A DNA stretch of 64,000 nt, taken from positions 3,424,001-3,488,000 of the forward strand of contig CM000208.1 of NCBI GenBank assembly GCA_000002445.1. The letters run 5' to 3'. The notes under the pieces are model-generated. The model was given only the letters and a program-made list of their open reading frames with translations. It made no database searches and was not told where the DNA came from. The stretch is from Trypanosoma brucei (Eukaryota). The translations under genes and the position numbers were made by a program. This document shows, piece after piece, positions 55,244 to 64,000 of this stretch (position 1 is the stretch's first letter; each line of letters starts with the position of its first letter).

Positions 55244-56644
55244 TTACAAATGGTGAGCGCTTGTGCTGCGTGTCGTTTCCCATTTCTTCGCCTTCTCTGC
55301 CAGTGGTGCACTTGGGCTGCGTGTCGTAGGTGGCACCGGACGCAAGTAGCCATCTTCCTCTAAGCGATTAATGACCTGAGAACGCCTATCTGAGTGAGCA
55401 TGATCTGTTATAAAGATTTTCCTGCCATGTTTTACGCTACTACTACGAGCCACAGGTGAGTTTGCGACGCTTTTCTTAAACTCATTTGTGGGACGGGGAG
55501 TTTTCGCCGCCGGGGGTTCCTCTTTTTCGCTTTTCGCAACGACGGCCGAGGGCGCCGTCCCAGGGTCCTTCGCAGGTACATTATTATTACAGCGGCACGG
55601 CGCAAAACACTTACAAGGCCGGCAACGGCAGACAGCATGGCAACAGCATTGCAACACTACTTGAGGGTGCTGGTTGGGTTCTGACCCTTTTTTAATAAAG
55701 GAAGTCGACCGGCTTACCTGAGCTGGCCGTGCATCCGTAGCCTTGGACTTCTTCGGCGGTTGTGTGTTCTCAGGAACGTTGTCCTCATTATTAGTTACAC
55801 GGGGTGCTGCCGCGCGCCTTTCCTTGTGCGCGGCTACACATTTCCCTTCCGCACGCGGAGCCACATGCGCTACTGTATTTCTCGCCAGAGAATGTTGCCT
55901 CATTTGACCAGTCCCACAGTGTGGTACAGGAGTATAGTAATAAGCCGGCGTTTCCTTTCGGGGGCGCGCCACAACCCGGGAAGTGCGTCTGTCTTCCACG
56001 GGGCCCACTAGTTGCCGATAACCGCGACCTCCCAGCTCCCGCCGTCGTTCTTCAACTTCGCGCCGAAGCTCTTGTCTCCGTCGCTGTTGCTCAGCCATAG
56101 CAGCTTGTTGGTGTATTGTCCCGCGAGCGTGGCGCATAAGGTGTGTCATATTGGATTTGTAATGCCCCCGTGATTCGCCGTGAGTACCCACCACCTTCCC
56201 ACCGAGTGCTTGAAGAAGGTTTTCCCGATCCGCCCGCACTGCGAGATATCGCTGCCTCTTCTCATGATGTTCATACTCCCTCAGCTGCTCCCTTTCAGGC
56301 ACGCAAAACGCACAGAGCCGCGACCCGTGAGCCACTGGGAGAACACCAACCCCTCCTCCAGAGTATGGCCGCCCCTGGTGGTGTTGGTATGGCACATTAT
56401 CACGCGAGCATCCAAAACAACAGTGGCAGCAACTGTGATCGGAAGCTGTCGCAGGGCAAACGTCGTGAGCCACTTCACAGCAACAAGGAACACGGTAGAG
56501 TGGGCCATTGTGACAAGGTGGAATCACATTACCGGCCACTCGAGTGGCAGCTCCAGCAATATAACCGGCGGGGCAGCCCGTCTGGCACGGCCTATCCTGG
56601 CTAGTTTGTGCGGCGTGGTCACGACAAATAGTGTCCGCGCTCAT
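55244..56644 (-). CDS. Hypothetical Cys-rich protein (two Cys clusters: CCCEVAHDVC...CCHCCFGC and QCCCHAVCRCRPCKCFAPCRC)
   Basis: ORF on the polycistron strand. The ORF-track start at 56746 runs through an (AT)n tract (YIYIYT). The start is placed at MSADTICRDH (56644). GC-rich region with competing + strand ORFs. No family recognised. Confidence 0.4.
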   Translation of the reverse strand: MSADTICRDHAAQTSQDRPCQTGCPAGYIAGAATRVAGNVIPPCHNGPLYRVPCCCEVAHDVCPATASDHSCCHCCFGCSRDNVPYQHHQGRPYSGGGVGVLPVAHGSRLCAFCVPEREQLREYEHHEKRQRYLAVRADRENLLQALGGKVVGTHGESRGHYKSNMTHLMRHARGTIHQQAAMAEQQRRRQELRREVEERRRELGGRGYRQLVGPVEDRRTSRVVARPRKETPAYYYTPVPHCGTGQMRQHSLARNTVAHVAPRAEGKCVAAHKERRAAAPRVTNNEDNVPENTQPPKKSKATDARPAQVSRSTSFIKKGSEPNQHPQVVLQCCCHAVCRCRPCKCFAPCRCNNNVPAKDPGTAPSAVVAKSEKEEPPAAKTPRPTNEFKKSVANSPVARSSSVKHGRKIFITDHAHSDRRSQVINRLEEDGYLRPVPPTTRSPSAPLAEKAKKWETTRSTSAHHL

Positions 56645-57395
56645 TTGTGTATATATATAGATATATACTGGCTCTGTGGAACCTACTTTTTCGCTCTCCT
56701 TTCCCTCAATAACTTCCACCACGTGAGCAATGCACACGCACCCCACCCTCTCTCTCCTCTATTTTTCTCTCCTCGCTCCAAACTCGTTCACTACTTTCAA
56801 ATGTTGTTTCTACTCTAAAATATATATATTCAGCCTTTGTCTCCTTTTTTTTTTTCAGATCCTTTTTTGCCCTTTTCCCTCCTCGCGCCACGGTGAGCCC
56901 TTCGACAGCGTTACCACCGCCACGAGTCACGAACGGCAGACACAATGCGTACGAAGGACAAATGTTTTGCCAAACAATGCCGATGGTAACGAAGGGTCGG
57001 CGAACTGATCGTACCGCTATCCCACCAGTAAATGATAAAAAAGGACCAAAGACTGGACCCGAAAGGAAAAGAAACAAAATAAATAACAAGAAAGAGGGGG
57101 GGAAAAAACAGATGAAATATGCGAAGTAATTACAGGAAGGGGGAAAGAAAAAAGCTCAAGGAGCGTGCGCTGTAGAGGGAGGAAGCGGCAAATCGACTTC
57201 TACCTTGAAGAAACAGAATGAAGACAGAGGGTAACGGATTTGGCACAGAGTAGCCAAGCACGAAAGGAAAAAAAAGATATGAGGAAACCGCCCATGTTGC
57301 AGCGAAGTGCAGCCAAAATGCACAGCGCGTAAAGGAAACGCGAACCCATGACCCACACCACCTGCGTGCATTACCCAGCCTTCATCCATATTCAG

Positions 57396-58541
57396 TTACT
57401 TCCCTTCTGAAGTTCCACCGTTATTCTTATTTTTCGCAGCACCTTCTTTTCTACTTTCCTCCGTGGCGGCCTCCTTCGCCTTGTGCTGTTCGTTTCCTAA
57501 CTTTTCCTTTAGTGACCGCTCCCGCCGCGCTCTCACTTCCTGTATTTCGCGAGCTATGCGCCGTCGGTTAGCAATAACGTCGTAGAGAGTGCAGACACAT
57601 CGCCCAATGGCGGCGATGAACATTGCAATCGCCTGATCATTTGCATGCCGCACCATGTCAGTTGATGTCTTCAAGTGATAAATGTGCGGCTGCAGGCTGA
57701 TAACTTCCTGCAAGACACTCAAAACATCCTCTGAGATGGGCATGGTACCCTCTGCAACGTCATTAAGATACTCCTCAATTGACTGCAGAACACGACCGAG
57801 GTGGTCAAGTGAAAGCTCACGCTCCTGGACCTGGGCGGAAAGTGTTGTGATGGTGGAATCGGTAAGGTCCCGCAAGAGATGTTCAATACCGATTTCCTCC
57901 GCCTCTTCCGCGCCGAGATGTGTGGGGATGTTGCGAAACTCCAACGATCGCGCCCCGTCTCGGCCATGCACCGTCGTATAAGCCAGCACGGGCACACCTT
58001 TGTTGTTAGGATCTGTATTCACAATGCAGTACACCGGATTCAGCGAGAAGCGATCTGCAATAAGGAGGTGCAAGAGCATGTCATTCGGCTGCACCGCGCA
58101 CGAGGGACCTGCAGAATACCACCCAACAATCCGCACCTTGGGGTGTACGCGACGAAACATTAGGAACATTTCCTCTGCATAGTTTGTATCGAGAAACCAG
58201 ACATCAGGATTCTGAGGGTCCTCATCAAACGGAACAGCGAAACTGTTGTTGATGTCAAGCACTTGTATTCCACCAGGGTGGCTGAGGTGACGGCCGAGAA
58301 GAAGCCCAGCGACACGCCGCTTTTGTGACACTTTTGCGTTAACACGGGCGTAGTGGTCGACAAGTGAGAGCAAAACAAGTGGGTGAACCTCTACTCGTGC
58401 CCCCGCAGGAGTAAATACCGGAACATCTTTTCCACCATCACGTTCCGCGTCGCCGTCGTCCCCATTGACGGATGTGTCCTGTTGGTCCACTTCAGGATTG
58501 AGTACCGCAGGTTGCGGTTCCTTGGGGTCATCATTGGCCAT
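57396..58541 (-). CDS. RPN8: 26S proteasome regulatory lid subunit RPN8 (PSMD7), MPN-domain protein
   Basis: [19 protein letters not shown]...RVAGLLLG...[48 protein letters not shown] parallels PSMD7 '[19 protein letters not shown]...RVVGVLLG...[48 protein letters not shown]'. [28 protein letters not shown] parallels '[28 protein letters not shown]'. There is no JAMM His-x-His metal motif, which fits Rpn8 rather than Rpn11. Lys-rich tail. Confidence 0.8.
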   Translation of the reverse strand: [381 protein letters not shown]

Positions 58542-60311
58542 TAGCTATAAGAGTATAGTATATGGGAAACCAAATAACAACAACAACGATGACGACTACG
58601 ACGACTAAAAGTGAAACACAGTCCTCACAAAAATAACAGTGCAAGTTCACCGCTCTCCTTTTGTTCCCTCACTAACCTAACTTCTGATCACTATTTTCCC
58701 CTCGCTCCCTTCCTTCCTTCTTTTTTTTTTTCAATGCGTCTCTCTGGCTCCTACTATTGATCCACACTCCGCAATCGAAGCGGTAGCAATGAATGAATGA
58801 ATGAAGGAGGGGAGAGGGGAGGGGGGTCGACAAAGAGAGGAAATCCGCAAGTAAAAAATATAAAAAAAAAAGAAAGGAGAAGAGAGGAGAGAAATAGATA
58901 AACAAGAAGGCAAAACCACAAAATTTTGAGCAACACAGCACCAAGTACAGCCAGTAATTAGCCAACAAAAAAAAACACAAACAAAATTGGGCAGTCAGTC
59001 GAAAGAAAAGAAAATAAATAAATAGAGTGTTCCCGGTGAGACACACTGCGATTTTCTCTTTTTTTAACCCATCAGATTTTTTTTGGGGGGGGAGTAGGGA
59101 CTCATTGTTTGTGATGGATGAGGGTTTTTTTTTTTATTTGTCACCCATACGCTACTTCATTTTTCTCTCAAAACCAAAAAAAAAAAAGAAATTTTCTCCC
59201 GATTTTTTTTCTTACTCCCTCCCTCTCGCACGCTTTTGGTATCGAATTTACTTTTAAGTGTACAAAAAAACCCAGACGCTTCATCTGCGACTCGAGCAAA
59301 CGGGGAAAGGGAGAAAAATTGAGTAAAAAGAAAAATAAGAAAGAAAATAACAATAATAACAATGACGATGATGATGATGATAACGATAATGGTAGGCAAC
59401 TATACTATAAAGAGACGAAACGGCAGCAGCAGGAAAAAAAAAAAGGCATGAACCATCCCTCAATTCCTTTCACTCACTCATTCATTTATTTATTCATTCT
59501 CACCCTCATCCTCCACACCCTTCTCTCCCCCTCTGTAAAAACATGCCTCCTCCTCCCTTATGTTCTCCTTCTTTCTTTCTTTCCTTCTTATTTTTTAAAA
59601 AAAATTTTCATCATGAAAAAAAAAAAACAAAGAAAGGAGTAGGAACAGTGGATAGATTTGAAGAAGAGAAAAGACAAAAAGAAAGAGAAAGAGAACAACT
59701 ACACGGTATGTGAAAAGAGTTGAAGATAAAATATTTGCATGGCATCTTGAAGTTGAAATGATCCCAAAGTTTGATGGCATAAGGGATCGCGAGCTGTACA
59801 CAAACACACATATTTTGCATGCATTTGCCTTTGTGTATTTTCCCCCATGCCTGCGCAAGTAATGGCTGAGGCAACTGTAACGATTATTATAATGGGATAA
59901 TGGCAACCCGATACGGTAACACACAGGCACACACACACACAAAAAAAAAAATAATAATAATAGTACTAATAATGTGCTCGCCGCATTATTCTCTTTTTCC
60001 TTTTTTTTTTCCTCTCCCGTTTAGGAACGGTGTGTGTTTCTCGTTCCATCATCTAATAATCGCATCTTTCCCAAAGTTTTTTTTTTCATTTTATCCTTCT
60101 TTTTCTTCACTCTCTCCTCCTTCCTCTGAAGAAACCTCCTCATTCACACAAAACCATCAACGCAAACAAAAGCACAAAATAGACAATAATCACACACCAC
60201 AAGAGAACAACAATAAATGTAATTTGTAGCATTGACGAACGCGCCTTTTTCTTTTTCTTTCTTTCTGTTTTTTTTTCCCCCTCCCCCTCTCATTATTTTA
60301 TTTGGTGTTAT

Positions 60312-60344
60312 GCTGTTGCTGTTGCTGTTGCTGTTGTTGTTGTT
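60312..60344. repeat. (GCTGTT)n/(GTT)n microsatellite
   Basis: Direct reading: gctgttgctgttgctgttgctgttgttgttgtt. Confidence 0.9.
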
Positions 60345-60630
60345 TTCCTTCTCTTGACAGCTCCTTCGCCTTCCCTCCCAATGCCATCGTTCCGTGCCTT
60401 CTCATTACCCCTCATCATCATCATCATTATCATTACTATCACATAGAAACCCATATATAATTTCCAGCCAAAAAGAAAAAGAAAAAAGAAAGATTCTCCC
60501 CTTCCCCCCTGATCCTAAAAAAGAAAAAAGAAATTCCTTTTGATGTTTTCTTTTTCTTTCTTCTGCCCCACCACTTTTCATTTCCTTTTTTTTTTAAATT
60601 CGCGTTCTCCTCCTCCGGTCGCATGAATGC

Positions 60631-60641
60631 ATATATATATG

Positions 60642-60672
<31 letters not shown>
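60631..60672. repeat. Imperfect (AT)n microsatellite
   Basis: Direct reading: atatatatatgtatatataatatatatatatatatatatatac. Confidence 0.9.
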
Positions 60673-63047
60673 CATACATAATCTGTTTAATTTATTTTTT
60701 TTATTTTGCCTATTCCTTTTCTCTTTACCAACTTTGAAAAATATTGTAAAAGAAAAAAAAAAGAAAAAAGGTACAAAGCTGAAGACATACTTTGCTAAAC
60801 AGGTGTTCACCGCTTCGACACTCACCTTTTGCTTATGTTCTCATTTTTTCCTTCCATCCCTTCCTCATTTCTTTTTGTCTTTTTTTTTTCTTTTCTTCCT
60901 TTTCCCTTTCTTTATGCATTTCATATGATAAATAGAAATAAATAAGCATATGAATACGAATACGAATAAATAAACAATCTTTCTTCTTCCTTTCTGCCCA
61001 AACACTGAGTTGTTTACCTCATCTTGTTTGCGTTGCTTTCACACGCCCTTTTCTTTTCCTCTTTTCTCTTATTTTCTTTTTCCCATTTTCGCTTGATGAG
61101 AAAACAAATATCGACGACAACAAAAGAAAAAAAAATTGTGCTCTTTTCTCTTCTCTTCCCTTCACCTTCTTTTTTTTTTCTTTTCTTTCTTTCCTTCACT
61201 TGTACTGTTCAGGAAGTCATTCATTTTCACACCTTATGATTATCTCTTTCACCACGTGCAGATATGTACTAATAACCAAAGTAATAAAGACAATAACATG
61301 AAGCATATGATCGAGTAATGCGCCTCGGTTTTCCCCTTTCTTGCGCTTCTTTAATATATTTTTTTATGTTTTTTTTTTCCTCCTCCTCTTCCTGATCTCC
61401 ATTTTTTTTTTCTTTTTTTCCTTTTTCCTTTTTTCCTTTTTTTTTTTAACTTCCATTTTCATGAATCAGGCAATTGCGAAGAGAAATAATGAAAGAGAAA
61501 CACACAAACACACAAGGAAAGGGATAAACAAAAAAAACGAAAAAAAAAAAGAAGACAACAAAGTGAAACAGAAAAGAAAAAAGAAAAAAAAGGACAAGTG
61601 CAGATTTCATAATCTCAGTGGGTAAAAAAAAAAAAACTTTACCATTTCATCTCCCTTTTTCTGTTCCGACTTTTTCTTTTCATCCTGATTAGAACACAAA
61701 ACGTAAAAAGATATTAACTGTAGACGAAACAATATGAGAAAAAAAGAAAGAAAGAAAAAGGAAGAAAAAAAAAAGAGAAAAGGGATAAAACTTACATTTT
61801 GAAGAAAACAAAACATAGAAAGAGAAAAAAAAAAGAAACGAAAACAAGAAAAAAAAAAGAAGAGCTATGGCACATTCTTGTTTGTTTATTTGTTTGTGTG
61901 TGCGCTAAATCAATAACAAAACACAATAAAAGTGTTTCCACCACTTCAATCAACAGGCGAAAGGGAGACAGATGAGGGGAAAATATTTTAAAAAAAAAAC
62001 AAGGACAGAGAAGGAAAGGGAGCGAGGCAAAAAGAAAAAAAAAGACAAACAAACAATAATCAATCATTACAAGTCGTATTAACAATAATAAAAAGGTGAC
62101 ACCATTACTAATAAGTAATAATCATCATAATAATCTTAGTAGTAACAATAAAACATTAATACTAACAACAACAACATTAAACAATAGCAATAACAACAAC
62201 AATAATGATAATGATAATAACAATAACCATAGAAAACGTACTGTTACAAATTCATTTTCTCCCCTCCTCCCTTCCTTCTTCCTTCTCCATTGGTATCATT
62301 TGAAAAACAAATTGGAAGAGGAAAAAGAAAAATAAAAAGGGAAAACATATTGCGGTTGTTTCATTACTTCTGTCTATGTGCACCTTTTCCAAATCCCTTC
62401 AAACAAACATATTCTTCCGTTATTCTTTTGAGAATTGTCCCTTTTATTTGCCGTTTTCTTTACTTATTTCCCTTTCACTCCGTGTTTTACATTTCATATT
62501 ATTTTATTTTTATTTTTATTTTTTGCTTCATTACTTTTTTCTTTTTCTCTTCCTTCATTCTGTCCCGTTTTTTTTTTTGACAATTTTACAAAAAAAAAGA
62601 AAAAAAGAAAAAGTTTTCCTACATTGTCCCTTCTTCGTTTCTCCATTCGTTAACTCCAAGCCCTTTTCCTTCCCTTTTTTTGTTTGTTTTTCTCCCGCCG
62701 TGTCCCACAACATCTTCTTTTGTTTCTTCCACCGCGCTCCCCTCCTCTACAAAATATTTGTTATAAATCGTTGCATAAACAAAAACAAAACAACAAAAAA
62801 CAAACAAACAAACAACAACAACCAAAGAAAAAAAAGAAAGAAAAATGATTTTCCTCACACCATTCATCTCCCCTCATCAGCCCACCTCTCGCCTAAACAA
62901 AAAAAAAAACAGTAAAGTCATAAAATATCAACAACAGTAACAATAGTAGAAGTAATAGTAGAAGTAATAATAGAAGTAATAATAATAATAATGAGAGTAA
63001 TAATAGTACTAACAATATTAACACTGATATTTCTTAATAATAAAAAA

Positions 63048-63080
<33 letters not shown>
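63048..63080. repeat. (GAT)11 trinucleotide microsatellite inside a larger degenerate AAT/AGT-rich array (62930..63130)
   Basis: Direct reading: gatgatgatgatgatgatgatgatgatgatgat, flanked by agtaatagtagaagtaataatagaagtaataataataat. Confidence 0.9.
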
Positions 63081-64000
63081 AATGATATATATATAAATAA
63101 AAAAAGAAGACAATAGTGGTAGTAGTAGTAATAATAACAATAACGAAATGATACGAGAGAAGTTACAAAATGCACCATTTTTTTTTTTAATCCCTTATTT
63201 CATTTTCATTTACTTGTGCATGAATACACATATATCCATATATTCATCCATGAATAAATAAATACCTAAACACATTCTTATGTTTAAATATAAATAAATA
63301 TATAAACACATGATTATACAAATATATATGTATATATAAATATAAGACGCGCACCTGCGTAGTTCACTTCATCTTTTTTTTTCTTAATTTCCCTCCTTTT
63401 CTTTCTCTTCTTCCTGTGTTTTTTGGTGCCGCTGATTTCATTTTAGTTTTAATTTTTGTTTCGTTAAATTGATCACTTCATTTGCAGCTGTTGAACCTAC
63501 GAACAAAATTTAAAAAAGCGCTAGCAATCGGAGCCTTCTTCGTCGTTGGGTGCTGATGTTATTTTGAATGAATGAATGAAAGAAAGAAAGAAGGGTAACT
63601 TATTTCATTTTATATTATATTATATTAATTTTGTATGAATTTATTCTACTTTGCATTACTTGCTTTTCTCTCTCTCTTTTTTCTTTCTCTTCTCTCTTTG
63701 TTGATCCATGCATGCATTTCTATTCTTTTCGCTTCATTTCCCCTCATCTTCATAACCATCATATTTACACCAAAACATATTTTTTTTCTTTTCTTTTTTA
63801 TTTTTCCTCGCTCTCATTAAATTCCATCACTAAACTTTCTCTCACCCCCATTCCCCTAATTGCGTTATTTCCGCAATCCCCATGAAGTCGCGGTCGCACA
63901 CTATCCTAAAAATATAAATATCTGTTATACATATACATATATATATATTTATATTTATTTATTTTTTTAAATACTCTGTTTTATTTCGTTTCCTTTTCTT

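Larger units (their letters stand above)
58542..64000. other. 5.5-kb ORF-free, AT-rich, degenerate-microsatellite region upstream of the first gene of the minus-strand array: candidate transcription-initiation or strand-switch region, or an unusually long spacer
   Basis: No ORF longer than about 180 aa. All six-frame ORFs here are poly-F/L/S/N/K low-complexity. It contains (AATG)n at 58789 and 63568, (CATT)n-like at 59465, (GAT)n, (GCTGTT)n, (AT)n and AAT/AAC arrays, and pyrimidine-rich runs on the + strand. Confidence 0.4.

Noticed and set aside
59118-63178. Numerous 60-180-aa ORFs in the terminal 5.5 kb (poly-F/L, poly-N, poly-K)
   Set aside because: They are pure translations of microsatellites and homopolymers on both strands. 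None has globular-protein composition.
1-64000. Search for CRISPR arrays, restriction-modification, toxin-antitoxin, phage-defence operons, integrases or IS elements
   Set aside because: No direct-repeat/spacer array, no short co-directional operon with overlapping starts and stops, no RBS-like spacing, and no transposase or integrase motifs. Gene structure and content are eukaryotic (kinetoplastid), so these categories do not apply.

Overview
This window reads as kinetoplastid (trypanosome-like) nuclear DNA rather than a prokaryotic locus. I find no operons, CRISPR array, defence island or mobile element. About 58.5 kb carries one co-directional array of 16 intron-less protein-coding genes, all on the minus strand. 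Short purine-rich tracts on the + strand (polypyrimidine on the sense strand) lie upstream of the gene starts, which fits trans-splicing. Intergenic spacers are AT-rich and littered with di- and trinucleotide microsatellites. Coding GC of about 50% suggests an African-trypanosome-like genome. Products recognised from conserved motifs are a divergent Hsp70-like ATPase (partial, runs off the window), the FACT subunit POB3/SSRP1, a NIMA-related (NEK) kinase with a very long disordered tail, a B9-domain (MKS transition-zone module) protein, IFT140, Sey1/RHD3 (atlastin-like GTPase) and proteasome lid subunit RPN8. Around these sit two large leucine-rich-repeat proteins, a GRAM-like two-TM membrane protein, a heavily N-glycosylatable type I membrane protein, a Cys-rich protein and several hypotheticals. 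Four genes with cilium or basal-body family signatures (NEK, B9, LRR, IFT140) fall within 30 kb, which is suggestive but may be chance in a polycistron. The last 5.5 kb (58.5-64 kb), upstream of the first gene, is an ORF-free degenerate microsatellite landscape and may be a transcription-start or strand-switch region. I found no novel 'system' in the prokaryotic sense. The best leads are the uncharacterised ciliary-neighbourhood genes and the upstream ORF-free block. All calls are from reading the sequence and the six-frame ORF track; no database search was run.
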